Assembly: GCA_951406725.2 (NCBI GenBank)
Contig: OX597814.1
Location: 39,122,001-39,186,000, forward strand
Source of the DNA: Octopus vulgaris
Taxonomy: Eukaryota
Reading direction: 5' to 3'
DNA length: 64,000 nt
Positions within the stretch are counted from its first letter, which is position 1, and each line of letters starts with the position of its first letter. The notes below the pieces were generated by a model. It did no database searches. It had not been told where the DNA came from and saw only the letters and a program-made list of their open reading frames with translations. Shown here piece after piece: positions 1-12,897 of the stretch. The position numbers and the translations under genes are program-made.

Positions 1-1260
1 TGAATGGAAGTTGAACTGAAATTACACATTGGAATAGAAATGCTTCCACACCGACAAGGAACACATCTGCAACGAAAGTTTGTGGTACATTGTGCATTGC
101 AATCTCTGCGTATTTTATTTATTTCACTTCAATTCATTAACAATCCTCTGACAATGTAATGGTAATTAGTTTTCGTTAACTCGTAGAAATGTGCCGTAAG
201 ATTTCATTTGTATTTCATGAATATGAGCTAATATCTGACTTCTCAAGCAGATCCGGAAAACGTTTTCGCAATTTATGATTAGTAATTTCTGATAAGATTG
301 GTATTTTTCCGGTTGATATTTTCCAGTTTGTGTTGATGCAAGATATTCCAGTTCTCCAAAAATAAATGGTATTGTTCTTTATGGTATATAAGTCATAGTT
401 TTGTAACCGTTTAAATATTTATTCAAAATTATTCACATTGTTTCCACAGGTCGTTCAGATGGCGATGACATTGTTCCTTTATCCAAGAATATTTTTTCTC
501 ACTATTTCACCAAGAAGACGCAGAATCTATGACATATATTAGAATCGTGAATGGGATACGTTTAAAATTTTAATGACCATATAGCGTGTTTATCACGCGT
601 AAATTTGTGGTTCTTCTGACAGTTTGACTGGTAAAGATGTACATTTTAAAATTAACTGCGAAGCGTTTTCTCAACGTTTCAGCTTGTGACGTAATCCATC
701 ATGTCCAGGTATTAGATAGTGACATTCTACGTTAGTTTTGTTTTGATTTATTTCAATACGGTCATTAGTTTTGAATCTTACAGTTTGGTTTCAATGAAGC
801 GATAATAGATGAAGATCAGATGCTGTAATAGGACGGTTCTAATATACCGTCTCCTGCTCATTTTCTAATTATTCCTTTCTTACCCAAGTATCTGGAGATA
901 TTTTGGAATACTTAGCGCATAGATAGAAGCAATAACATTATTGAGCTTTAACAACAGTGGCATTAACTTCCTTAAACCAATTCATTCCGAATAGCTCTAA
1001 CTCCATGTCATAAGCGAATACAACAACTCTCAAGTTTAGTCCCAATTTTAATGTTTAATAGGCATGTTCCTTTTTTTACAGCATTCGTAGTGCTATAATT
1101 GTTTAATTGTAGTGATATAATTTCTGATAGTGGAATCCAAATAATTCTGACAACGTTTCAGTTAATGAAAGTACACCGCATGAAAGGTATCTAATTAGAA
1201 TGTAGTTAATCTGCTAAAACGTAACATTTGTCCATCGCTCCTAGATATAGATATTAAAGA
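1..1260 (-). mobile_element. Heavily decayed Penelope-like element (RT to GIY-YIG linker), runs off the window start
   Basis: Manual minus-strand translation across frameshifts gives colinear motif remnants: KIGTKL (MGTKxAP), SRYLGKKGII (RYLDD), YLDM (FLD), KRIPF..HRFC..FLDKG (IPxSQxxRxxRICS..FxxRGY), ILENWNIL, and CTTNFRCRCVPCRCGSISIP (CxTxNVVYxIxCxCGxxYIG). Confidence 0.45.
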
Positions 1261-1295
1261 GTGAAGGAATTCACTATCACTTTTTGTTTATTCGG

Positions 1296-1298
<3 letters not shown>

Positions 1299-1329
<31 letters not shown>
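1299..1329. repeat. (TA)n microsatellite
   Basis: Direct observation. Confidence 0.95.
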
Positions 1330-1332
<3 letters not shown>

Positions 1333-1571
1333 TATGCCGACCAAAAGTTTGAGTTCATAATTTCGGATTGCAACCGTGCATACATTCACTAAGTCTCCCA
1401 TTTATCCACATGATTTATACGTATTTTCCTCATTGGATAATCTTTCGTTTCTGTTGTGTAAGTCGATGAATATTAGGTAATGTTAAATTCGTTGGTCGTT
1501 GATGTAGTAACCTTGAGTTTGTGTTCAGCTTTTGTACTACAAAGTGTAGATTTGACTACAGTTCATAGATC

Positions 1572-1608
1572 AGAGAGAGAGAGGGAGAGAGAGAGAGAGA
1601 GAGAGAGA
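1572..1608. repeat. (GA)n microsatellite
   Basis: Direct observation. Confidence 0.95.
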
Positions 1609-2340
1609 GGGGGGAAAGAGATGTAACATATTTCTGCAAGTTGCTTCATCGTGACAATTCGGCGGCATTATCCGTTTAATACAGGCGATGTATGAATTGG
1701 CGGTTTCATACAGGCGATGTCATTTCGGTTAAACAATATGTTTTGTCCATATTGTCATGCTTTCATTCATAAAAAAATATTAATTAGTAACAGTCAGAAT
1801 GTGCAGGGATCTTCTCAAATTCTTAGGGGAGAAAATTTGAATTATTATGCGGTCTGTTTTATGACCCATCCTCTTAAGTAAATAATATCTTTACTCATCA
1901 ACAACCGCAATTGTATTCGCTTTACATTTTGAAATAAATTCCTAAGTTATGATTGCTATCGAATTTCTAATAAATGAGTGCACATGCTTGCATGTATGTT
2001 TGAACTCATCTGTAGACCAATAATGGGTTTCTGAAATGGTACAGATATGTTCTTTTATATGTTGTGGGGAATTCAGCATATATTCTATTTGATTGTTGTA
2101 AATGCATTCTTACTCCTTCGACTGAAGAAATGTTGACGATATTTTAGTGTTTGTCATTCGAATTAACTTTACAAAGGATTTTACAAATTATTTCGAAGTA
2201 ATATTCTGTCGCAAATAATGGATAAAAGTTAAGTGAAGATAAAAGCAAACAGTAATATTTATAGAATCTGCTACAGGAATAATTTTGAAGTTCACACTCA
2301 AAACTCTCTCTGTGCCAAAGAAACTTTATCCAATAACGGA

Positions 2341-2400
2341 AATGATGGTCTCAATTGGAAACTACAATGCGAAAACGATGGTCTCAACTGGAAACTGCAA
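2341..2400. repeat. Two-copy tandem repeat, period 33 bp
   Basis: aatgatggtctcaattggaaactacaa (2341-2367) vs aacgatggtctcaactggaaactgcaa (2374-2400), 3 mismatches. Confidence 0.85.
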
Positions 2401-3645
2401 GCAAAAATTGATTTTGGTGATGTGTATATATTTGTACTAATTTAGTTGTACCAACAAATATAGCATTATTGCTATAACACTTTTAGATGACGTTCCTCTT
2501 TTCTTTTTTAGAAATGATTCTTTTAGAGGATATTATATCGTGAAATCCACTGCCCTCTTGACAAATAAGGGACAGGCGTGCACCGCACAGGTTAACATTC
2601 ATTCATTTAATTCAACTTATGATTTTGTTAAACGCAAGAGTCATACAGATATAGAGACACCTCATATGATTTATTATACATAAGCTCTTTGATACATACT
2701 TCATTTCTGGACGGGCAGTATTTCACAATTATTTCGATATCTTGTAATGGTGAAGATTGTTCGTAACAAAATGATGTATCATAGTAAGATTAATGAATAA
2801 ACCATACTTTCCGCATAGCAATTGATTGAATGCAAATTGTTAGATCTGAGGTCTCGAGTGGTTTATAGTTCATGCTAGATAGTCCTCCGAGAATGAGAAA
2901 TAACTTTATAATATATGGCGATTACACTACATGGATGATGAATTCTTCAAATGAAGGATGCATAAAACAGTCATTGATTTGTTTCTATGTTGAGAATATA
3001 TAATCAAATTTAATGTGCAATTTAATACGAATCCTCTAAGTTAGGTTAACTACAAAGAACAGTAAACTGTATCACATAAATTATATATATATAACATTAT
3101 GTTATTTTATATCATATTACAATATAGGATATTAGTGTAATATTTCAGAAGTAATTGTGTAATACACTACAATATTACTACACAACATGCGATAGGAAAC
3201 ATTTCAGGTATAACAAAGGACAGGGATTCCTAATGTGGTATAGTGAAACACATTTCGTTTGCGGCTACTTCAAGAAATATTTGTCTTAAATTTATTTTAT
3301 TTTCGTATACTTTGAAACTTTGTCTTCTTGCCCGAAATTATCAAATAGAATATTCTAGTAGCCGCTCAATTATTAAAGATGCTATTTGATATGATTTTGA
3401 AATTTGTGTTATAGCAAAGTTGTCTGTATGTATTACTTAATGGGATTTATTTTCTATATGAAATAATAGAACTTCTTTATTTTATTATCGTTTCCATAAC
3501 ATTTCTATGTGTGTTCGTATGCTATTTAAAAATATCGAAGATCATGCAGGCAACTAGTTCTTGATTCTCCTCGTTCCTTTTCGTATTCATAACAACGTTT
3601 CATTTACATGAAACCCTCTCGCAGATTCTTTTGACACCTTCCTGT

Positions 3646-4016
3646 TTACTCTTACTCTTTTACTCTTTTAATTGTTTCAGTCATTTGACTGCGGCTATGC
3701 TGGAACACCGCCTTTAGTTGAGCAAATCGACCCCGGGACTTATTCTTTGTAAGCCCAGTACTTATTATATCGGTCTCTTTTGCCGAACCGCTAAGTGACA
3801 GGGACGTAAACACACCAGCATCGGTTGTCAAGCAATGCTAGGGGGACAAACACAGACACACAAATGCACACATACACATATATATATATACATATATACG
3901 ACAGGCTTCTTTCAGTTTCCGTCTATCAAATCCACTCACAAGACACTTGCCAAGATGCCACACAGAACCATGTGGTTGGTTAGCAAGCTACTTACCACAC
4001 AGCCACTCCTGCGCCT
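3646..4016 (-). mobile_element. tRNA-derived SINE, family B (CORE-like), with internal deletions
   Basis: Head aggcgcaggagtggctgtgtggtaag (A-box-like), CORE-like ttggcaagtgtctt, internal TA/TG tract and (AAGAGTA)-type tail; homologous to copies at 8133, 34705 and 47709. Confidence 0.85.
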
Positions 4017-5329
4017 ATTTTAGATGTTAATCTTAAAGGTTAATATTTGGGTCTAGTGGGATCGAACTCTTTTGTTGATGGGCATAAGAAACTACTGATA
4101 ACAAACACTCAAGTGGTATTTTATCGTGCAGTTCTCCAGCTGCCTAAGGAATGAAATTAAAATAAAATTAAATGAAAGAAGAACGTTGTGGCAAAAATAA
4201 TATCATGACTTCGCCGTATATCTAAATGATGTACGTAACGTAGAGAATATCACCTTACTAGAAATCCCAGCGAAGTAAAACCGTATTAACTGTAGAATAT
4301 ATGAGATCAATAGACCTATAAGTAAAAAAAGTAATAAATATTATTAATTCCATTATATATAATGCCATTTCCGTTTTATGTATTTTACATAGTTTTGTTC
4401 AATTTCTATTTTATTTCACCAACAGATTTTCACTTATATATCGTTAACTGGGTTAATTCAATAAAAATTTTATATACGTATCAGAGAACGGCTTACGTGT
4501 GAAAGTCTGAAAATACTTGCATTGTTAAAGGAAGAATTTGAAGTTATAACATGAAAAAATGGATAATTATGAATATATTAAAACGAACACATTATCTCAA
4601 TATTCAAAAGAATGCAACTGTGAATTAGGTATTGTATAGACGAATAAGAATAAGTAACGGCATTTTTTCTAACACTCAACAAAATATAATACAATATAAT
4701 ACAATATATCGCCTGACATTTTTATTTATATTTAGTGTTGGATATTTTTAGTGTAAATCACACATATATATTTTTAATACATCTTTAAATATAACTTATG
4801 TAATTCATATATAGGTATAAAAATATTTAGAGATTTCAACTATAGATGTATACAAAGATATTGACGTGTGTGATGTGTACACAGCTCAGGTGTTCGTCGC
4901 TCAATCGTTTATCTGTACATAACCCCACAGAAGATTTCACACATAAAAGTAGCAAAAATTGAATTCTTGTTAGAATGTTTATGATAGAAATAGTGAAATA
5001 GATATGTGTAGATGAGTTAACGCATGCCAACTTATCTATAAACTAAAATAAGGAATATTAATTCTATTTTCCTAATTGCACATTGTTGACAAACTTCTAT
5101 AAAACATACATATCTAGAAAATGGTCTTCGCCTTTAGATTAGTATAACATTGAAAAGAAATGCCAGTAGCTTAAGATGTTTCTTTTTATACCACCTTTAT
5201 TCAATGTAACTTATCAAGTACTAATGAAGACTTATAATCTAAATCGGATATAGAAGTTACAGAAAATATAAATTGTAGTGCAAATGATACTCCCCTTCCC
5301 ACGTGACAAAGTGGTATGACAGCTACTAT

Positions 5330-6010
5330 ACAGTCAGAAAGTCAATAGTGATACAGTCGTTGTACGAGTTCTCAGTTGGAATCAGTGTATTCGAAAACTG
5401 TTGCTACTTGGAGTCGTCCTTCTGTATTGGTAATTTTCTGAGTGTTTGAATATTTTGTGCTGCTTTGCAGTCGTTTGTGTGTCTACGGTTGTTTGTTTGT
5501 GCTTTCTCTTCTCGTTAGAGGAGATATGGCTGAGTGTTATTCAGACTTAAGTGAATCAGATGTGAAGTATCAAGAACTGTCGTCCTCTGAAGAAGAGCTT
5601 GTGGAAGCTGTGAAGAAGATGGACAGTGTTATAAAGGAGAGAAGTTTTGCGTAGGTGACTGAGGTGCCAAAGAATAAGGTAAGCCTCAAAAACTTTAAAA
5701 TACTTTGAAAAATGTTAAAAAAGGAAGGTGATGACGTGAAATTGTCACTACAAGAAATACTATAAGAAATGGTAGAAAAAAAGAATTGTGCATAAAGTCT
5801 ATTATATGAAGGAGAAAAAAATTGGTAAATGAACCGACAGACGAAACTGAAAGGGCATTAAGGTCAATCTGGCAAGACTTGGCATATCTCGTCAGAGGAG
5901 GCCAATACGGTACTGCTGAGGTATATTTCAGGAACAAAGAAAAAGCGAAGGGAAACTCTGTAAAATCGATGAAAACAGAAAGGGTTGCTGTGCATATTTT
6001 TCCGAAAAAT
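5330..6010 (+). mobile_element. Putative 5' UTR and ORF1 remnant of a non-LTR retrotransposon
   Basis: Broken reading frame MAECYSDLSES...KERSFA*V... followed by ERALRSIWQDLAYLVRGGQYGTAEVYFRNKEKA, resembling an ORF1 RRM-like segment. The assignment is inference only. Confidence 0.3.
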
Positions 6011-6020
6011 CCCAAAAGTT

Positions 6021-6480
6021 ATGGAAAACTTGTTTAAGGGTCTATCTTGATGAGTTGCAAAAGCAGAAACAACAACTCAAAGAACAAGAAATACAACAAA
6101 TGTTACAGTCACAAATGCCGCAAATAATGAAATTTGTAACAAAACCGGAAAATACGTTTTCGCCAGATCATCTAGGAAATTCATAAGGGAATTTAAATAT
6201 GACACGGAAGAAGGAGTCACTTCCGAAGCATATTACCGAAAATTTGAACAAATTTTCGAAAAAGAATACCAAGATTATGCGGATGGAATGGATATGTGTC
6301 TAATTCTGAGGAAACTTGTGACGATAGAGCATGAGAAATACTGTAACTTTATACTGCCTAAAAATGTTTTTGACGTAAATTTCACGGACACAATTGACAT
6401 TTTATGTAGGATGTTTTGTGAAAACATCGTTGTTTGACACATGGAAGTTTTTGAACACTAAGAAAAGCGATGACGATGAT
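6021..6480 (+). mobile_element. Gypsy/Ty3 (K02A2.6-like) LTR-retrotransposon gag N-terminal pseudogene fragment
   Basis: ATG at 6021 and Q-rich coiled coil, then after frameshifts IREFKYDTEEGVTSEAYYRKFEQIFEKE...LILRKLVTIEHEKYCNFILPK..DVNFTDTIDILCRMF..TSLF. This matches the EFxYDPExGxTFxxWYxRYEDIF..LLLRKL..HxxYxNYILPK..FxETV..SLF gag pattern (DUF7083-type). Confidence 0.8.
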
Positions 6481-7060
6481 CTATTTAGCTGAAGTTTCCA
6501 CTTCATATTGGCTGAAGGATCGTGAGCGCAGGGGGTGAGCCTTGGAGTATAAGAAGTAAAAATCTGAGGAATCTAGGTCTGGTCTATAGGCCTGAGACAT
6601 CAGTTTAATTTCCGCCGATTCCTGGAGTTTATTCTGGGTCGTGCGAGCGGTATGAAGTCTTGCCTTTTCTTCTTCCAGAAGAGCTCGATTTCAGTTAACC
6701 AATCAAGCGAATTTTTGAAGTAAAATAACATACATCAGCTCCGGCTGTTTGCAGTACAGGCTGGCGTCGATGAATCAACTGTTCAGAAAGTACTCGTAGT
6801 TAACCACTCGTAATTCCACAAGACGCAGAACACCACCTCGCGTTCGAAACGCCCATGTTTGGTGTCAGGATCACAAAGCTGAACCTCACCTAACCACTGC
6901 TTATACAGGATAGGAATGCGCAAATATTTCTTTCGGTTTATCACTAGTGCCAATCCACTATGGGAGAACAAAAAGACTGTTGATACATGCTTGCAAGGAC
7001 ATACACACCTCGCAAACAAACAGCGAAAGCAAGTGCGGGTTACCACATCGTTACCATTTA
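6481..7060 (-). mobile_element. Mariner transposase catalytic-domain pseudogene fragment
   Basis: Minus strand: WVPH-like, IGTSD (IVTGDEKW), KQWL, EVVFCVLWNY (KVMLCVWWD), IDASLYCKQ..LVN..LLEEEKARLHTA (LLHDNARPHTA), AYRPDLDSSDFYF (YSPDLAPSDYHLF); stops and frameshifts present. Confidence 0.85.
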
Positions 7061-8096
7061 CTAGGGACAGCTAGCACTCATATATATATGTGTGTGTGTG
7101 TGTATAAAGGTATTCTAATGTTGTAAGACTATGTTCCTGAATAATGTTCCAAATCACAGGGGAAGAGGTGATTTTACTTACATTCTTATATTCGTTTGTG
7201 CAGGTTCGAATATCGAAAACTGCAGTATTCGGGTGTTAGGTCGGTGATTCACTATATTGACAAAACTTATTTTGAAATTGTCCACATTAGCTTTCGGGGG
7301 AACATTCACGTAAAAATCGATAGAAATACAGATGAAAATACAGTTAGTTAATAAAGCCAGAAAAAACGCAGACTTTTATTTCTGACATTATTAAGTGGCA
7401 TCTGCTTATGCAAAAAAGGAAGCTGAATGTTTTTTTTATGCATTTTGACGTATTGTATACAGAATAATTTATATTTTTTATTCTCGTCATTGCGTATGGT
7501 CTTTTAGCACATGTGTACATTTTTACTCTGTTTCCTGGCCTTCATTGCTTTCCTTAACTACTTCTATTATACTCGCGTCGCCTTCTTGTCTCATGAATTA
7601 TTTTGTTTCGAGGTGAGATGAAGCAAAAAAGATAACATCGAAGTTATATGAACACAGAACGGAAAGGGCAGTACGGAATACAGTTTTTTTCTGTAAGACA
7701 AAGTTTCTGTCCAATCTGCTTATGCGTTCCATAGAGCTATGTGTTTCGTAAACAATTTGCATCTACAAGCGATTTCTTTTAATTTTGCCTTCGGCTTCTG
7801 AGCATCATCAAAGTTAAACTTACCATTTGATTATTTAAGCACTAAATTAATTTTGTATTCATCTTTGACGTCTTTATTATGCGAGAAGTAAAATTTCTTA
7901 ACGATGCCTTCATCGGTTCTAACCATAGCCTGTATCATGCAAGTTAAGATGTTCCTGCAATAGCTTTGAATTTTCATCTTTGCGCTAAATTTGCTTTATT
8001 TGGAATCCGTTTAAAATACAATCCTTTTAGTAGATCACCAATCATTATTTCAACAAAACGCCTACTACCTTCAGTTTCATATTCAATCCCAGAGTA

Positions 8097-8127
<31 letters not shown>

Positions 8128-8132
8128 GTATA

Positions 8133-8430
8133 TGTGGTAAGTAGCTTGCTTACAAAGCACATGGTTCCGGGTTCAGTCCCACTGTATGACACCTTGGACA
8201 AGTGTCTTCTAATATAAACTCGGGCCGAACAAGGCCTTGTGAGTGGATTTGGTAGAGGGAAACTGAAAGAAGCCTGTCGTATATATGTATACACATGTAT
8301 GTGTATGCTTACGTGTATGTATGTGTTTGTAGGCTTACAAAAAATATGTTCTGGGTTTGTTTTGCTCGACTAAAGGTGGTGCTCCAGCATGGCCACAGTC
8401 AGATGACTGAAACAAGTAAAAGAGTAAAGA
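8133..8430 (+). mobile_element. SINE family B copy (5'-clipped, internally deleted)
   Basis: ggttccgggttcagtcccactg B-box-like, ccttggacaagtgtcttc, 3' ggtgctccagcatggccacagtc..gaaacaagtaaaagagta. Confidence 0.85.
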
Positions 8431-8616
8431 TAGTAATTATATATATATAGTAAAGAGAGTTGTCACACAAAAGTGGCATCTGGATGTTACTACTAGTTTA
8501 AGCCCAGGCAGCTCCTCCGGAGTTAAACTAGTAGTAATATTCAGCAGCCACTTTGCTGTAGCGTCTCGTTTTACTGCCTAATATACATTACTACTTTATC
8601 TCTTCTTGAGATTTTA

Positions 8617-8620
<4 letters not shown>

Positions 8621-8669
<49 letters not shown>
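8621..8669. repeat. (TA)n microsatellite
   Basis: Direct observation. Confidence 0.95.
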
Positions 8670-8672
<3 letters not shown>

Positions 8673-8759
8673 ATATTAGAGGAAAAATCAAAACTAAGGA
8701 AGAACGTGAATCTCAAGTCATTTGAATAATTTAATTAGAATAAAGTGAATTTGAAATTT

Positions 8760-8828
8760 TACAGCTTTTTCTGGGATAACCCAAGATGTTTGGTAGTATG
8801 TCCGTGCAATGGGTATTCCGTCATCACA
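8760..8828 (-). ncRNA. Degenerate minimal hammerhead-like motif in a Penelope-type 3' end
   Basis: Minus strand: GTGATGA-c-ggaatacc..long loop..ggttatccc-a-GAAA-aagctg-ta; same layout as 12853 and 63686; lies ~90 bp from a (TA)n tract. Confidence 0.4.
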
Positions 8829-9861
8829 GAGAAAGCTATTAATATTTTAGACGGGGGAAATTTGCAGTTTAGAAGGCATAAAAGTTACGGTTTATAAGGA
8901 ATAAAAAGAAGAGTAAAATAGTAAAATGGAAGAATAAGGAATAAAAGTAGATTCCAGAATATAGGAAAGAGAAAAATGAAGGTGCAGGTCTTAGTTAAAG
9001 TCCTAGGTACATTCAGGCAATATTTTGTCAGTGTTATGAATGCTGCATTCATATTGGAAATGTGTATGCACAGTGTGGCCCAAAAGGAGGTTTACAGTTA
9101 TCACGTAGGCACTTTATATTTCTTTTAAACCATTTCATTACATTTAAATTCTTATCGTACACCTACCTAAATTAGCATAAGATAATGGTTTCATATTTTT
9201 TTTATAATTCAAATCTAAACAATTAATACATGAATGCGAAAGAGATTGTTGAATAATTGTTAAACAACTTTTGTGTCACTCTACAGAGCTGGAAACTACG
9301 ATGGACATGAATGGGTTTTGTGAGTGGGCGTATGCGAGATAGAGATAGGAGAAAGAATGAAATAGATACGAGAACGGATTAGAAAAGAAGACAGATAAAA
9401 AGGGAAAATGTGGATAAAATAAAAATAGAAATAATAAAGATATAAATGAAAATAATGATCAAAATGTAGCAGGGTAAACAATAAGATAATAATTAAATAA
9501 ACAAAAATAAAGGTAATGATATGTCAATATTGTTTGGGGATTATAGGTCAAACGTTAAAGTTTCAGTAGAGTAGGGGTAGAAGGCGAATCTAGGTATGGT
9601 TATAAGGATAATAGTTTAAAGCAGATGCTTAAAATTGTATTTCAAGCTTCATAGCAATTAAATGATATAAGATAAAGGATTAAGAATTAAACCGAAAATT
9701 GGAAATTAAAACTTAAATCTTTAACTTAAAATTACAAACTGAGAAAGCTAAAATCTAAAATCAAATATAAAGATTAAAAATGATTGAGCATAAATTAGCC
9801 AATTTCTAATATAGTGATTTTGATAGAGAGGTAGGCTAAAAAGAGAGTACACACACAAATA

Positions 9862-9967
<106 letters not shown>

Positions 9968-10369
9968 CATATATATATACATACATATATACGTGCATTT
10001 ATGCACATCGGCGTATGTATTAGACCAGCACATGCACATAGGTATACACACACACACACATGCACGAACATGGAGAAAAAGAAAGAAAGAAAGAAAGGAA
10101 AAATTGGGAAGAGAGAAAGAAAGCATAATGACTTTCAGTGATGCCCAAACTGCACTTGTCTTTTTTGGGGTCATTTTTAAGGGGTAACCATCCTTAAACC
10201 CATTCCAGCGTAGGACTAAATCAATAAATGAATAAATAAATGGTGAATAGGAAGGGTATACCTCTTCTTAGTCTCTCTCTTCCTCTACCTATCTGTCGTT
10301 CTGTCTGACTATCCATCTATCTATCCGTCTATCCGTCTAACTATTGATCGACTTCCTTTCCCAACCCTT

Positions 10370-10757
10370 TTTTTTCACGATCCCTTTTGATCGAAACTGT
10401 ACACAACCATTTGTTTATTTCCTACACTAAAAGAAAAGCTCTACTTTGAATTTTGTCCCCTCTGTGATTAGCTCTGTGTGGCCAATAAAGAAACATATCT
10501 CTCGATCGATCTATCTATCTAAATATCTATCTATCTAATAGCGTATCTATCTATCTCTCTATCTAGCTATCTATCAGCCTATCTATCTAAGTCTCTCTGT
10601 GATACACGATCCGTATTGATCGTTTTTCTTTGCGGGGTGGGGTGCGATCCCTTTTGCTCGAAAACATACCCTTTTTTCTCCTCCCCAAAAAGAAAAGCTC
10701 TACTTTGTAATTTGTCTCCTCTGTATTCAGCCCTGTGAGGTTAATAAAGAAACATAT
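10370..10757 (+). repeat. Two copies of a short repeat embedded in (TCTA)n, sharing the 3' tail of SINE family A
   Basis: gatcccttttg(a/c)tcgaaa..aaaagaaaagctctactttg..tttgtc(c/t)cctctgt..aataaagaaacata at ~10379-10497 and ~10646-10757; the tail resembles 29033-29076. Confidence 0.75.
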
Positions 10758-11565
10758 CTATCTATCTACCTATATTCGTATCTATCCCTCTCCATTGTGA
10801 TGGAAACTCACCCAACAAAATAAAAAGAATGTACTCTTTTAAACGAAACCTCCTGAAGACAACTGTTTATTGAAATGAACATGCTGCACGTTTACAAAAT
10901 AGTGTTGTATACCATGTGCAGTATTCACTGGCATACTACAATTCTCTCCTGCCTAAAATCGAAACCTCTTACCATTGGTACTCAAAGCTTTCAGATGCAG
11001 GAATTAATAATTCTGAAATAATGCTGCAAAAACATCTGTACCCAAGACACATATTGCAAAATAAGATACTGCAACAATCTCAGTGCTTGCTTTCGGTAGA
11101 CCTCCAAGTAGATTCACTTCTGTGCGCTGGTGAATTTATTTATGTTAATTATGCCTGCTGAAACTGTCACCAGATATAGACTAGATCTAGCTGTCTGTAG
11201 CCAAAGCGGATTAACTATGCTAGTGTAGACTGTGATAGCAAAACTGAAACGAAATAATAATTAGTCTACAGATCACGTTTCTGATGATCTCTTAACCATC
11301 AAAGTCAGATTTTACAAATAGCATAGTAACAATGTAAAAATCTAGAGATACAACACAAGTATTATACTTGAAAGCGCAGTGGATATTATTGATTATAATC
11401 CTCTAGCAACACCAATTATTATAATTTAGCTTTATTATGATTATTTTGGATTGTGACTATTTTCTTCAAGGATACTTAATTAATCTCATATCGGCTTTAA
11501 AACTCAACTATAGACGAAAAGATATTTCACCGTCTCGAAAGGCTGCATACAATTATGTCAATAAG

Positions 11566-11602
<37 letters not shown>

Positions 11603-12329
11603 TATACCTCTCTACATTTCGCTATATACCACAAACAACGTGCATGAATGCATCAAGTAATTAAGCTGACCATAACATTTTTTTCACTGTAAAATAATAT
11701 CACATCAAATACTCATACTAGGTAAACTACTTATGGGTCAGTATCAATTATGTACATCGTCGCAAGTTGTTTAATTTTTGGCTTTTTCAAATTACATTCG
11801 TAATTTCATCTCAGATATAAAAGAAGGGACAATCACGTTATGAATATCCATTACATTTTCGTTGACTTCAAATTTCAAATAAGCGAATTTGACTTCAAAT
11901 TCGACTTCAAATTTGAAGTCAATACCATACTTTTGAAATTATGTTCCACCCATTTGTTCATCTTTCATTGGGCATGATATTTACGCTATATCTCTTTCTG
12001 TAGACCCACACAGACACACACATACACACCCACACAGACACACACACACACACACGCATACATACATTCACTCTCTCACAGACAATGAAATTACAGAACA
12101 GTTCGCAATGTGGAAGATCATTATTATTGATAATAAGAACTGGAAATGATCCGTTTAAAACGAGAGCAAGTTATTTTGAAGTTTTCTTGAGAAGAAAATG
12201 GCAAGAGTTGAAAATATTAGCACCATGAGGAAGATTGGTTCGCGTATATTCAAATGCATTCTCTGAAGAATCTACTGTCGCAATCTTGTGAAACCTTCAT
12301 AGACATAGTTCAGAAGTAGGAAGAGTGAA

Positions 12330-12620
12330 GGAGAGACAATGACAGAGTTGTGCTTTAATATGTGAAACGCCTCCTTCATGCAAAGCCTGCAGGTTAAACG
12401 TTGTCCTCGGTAGGGAAGCCCTGAATCCAGTATAGACTATGATAGAGTAGAGGGTATATTTGCATTTTTGAACTGATGTATGTGGTTTGCGAGTATTGTA
12501 GATTTACTATGTTTATCGTATCTAAAAGAATGGAGATGAGCTCTATTTGGTTCTTTTTTTTTCCTCTATCCCTTCTTCTTTGATTTGACCTTAAAAATAC
12601 ATCCCAAATTTTAAGACGTT
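12330..12620 (-). mobile_element. Possible Penelope GIY-YIG C-terminal remnant
   Basis: Minus strand LTCRLCMKEAFHILKHNS parallels RRCRLCSEESLYI of the Penelope copy at 23.7 kb. Confidence 0.35.
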
Positions 12621-12852
12621 TAAAAAAAAAACTCTCGATACAATAACACATTTTACAAAATCTTTGCTTAGAATGATCGATTTTAAATACTATTGAAACT
12701 TACTCACAACCTCCAAGAATCTTATATATATTCCATTCTGCCTAAATAATGAACTACAGATACGATATCCCTGCATGCTTCAAGTCTATTTTCATCCCTC
12801 CACTTCACTGACGTATCCAGAATAACTATTGCCCAACCGTTTTCTCACACCA

Positions 12853-12897
12853 TCTCCGATAATGGGATATGTAAAATATCCCGGAAACAGCTGTAAA
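12853..12897 (+). ncRNA. Degenerate minimal type-I hammerhead-like motif
   Basis: CCGATAA-t-gggatat-gtaaa-atatccc-g-GAAA-cagctg-ta: perfect 7-bp stem II and palindromic helix III; the core deviates from CUGANGA. Confidence 0.55.

Noticed and set aside
1-110. Plus-strand LKLHIG..ICNE resembling a Pif1/Helitron helicase motif
   Set aside because: Needs a frameshift and is weak; the minus-strand Penelope reading explains the region better
10960-11160. Minus-strand ATG|GTAAGA possible first-exon end
   Set aside because: Single motif with no supporting downstream exon
12263-12300. CTGAAGA..GAAA pair (also CTGANGA at 2122, 10853, 18362, 21389, 21938, 50988 and 54211)
   Set aside because: No convincing combination of stem II, GAAA and stem I; expected by chance in AT-rich DNA
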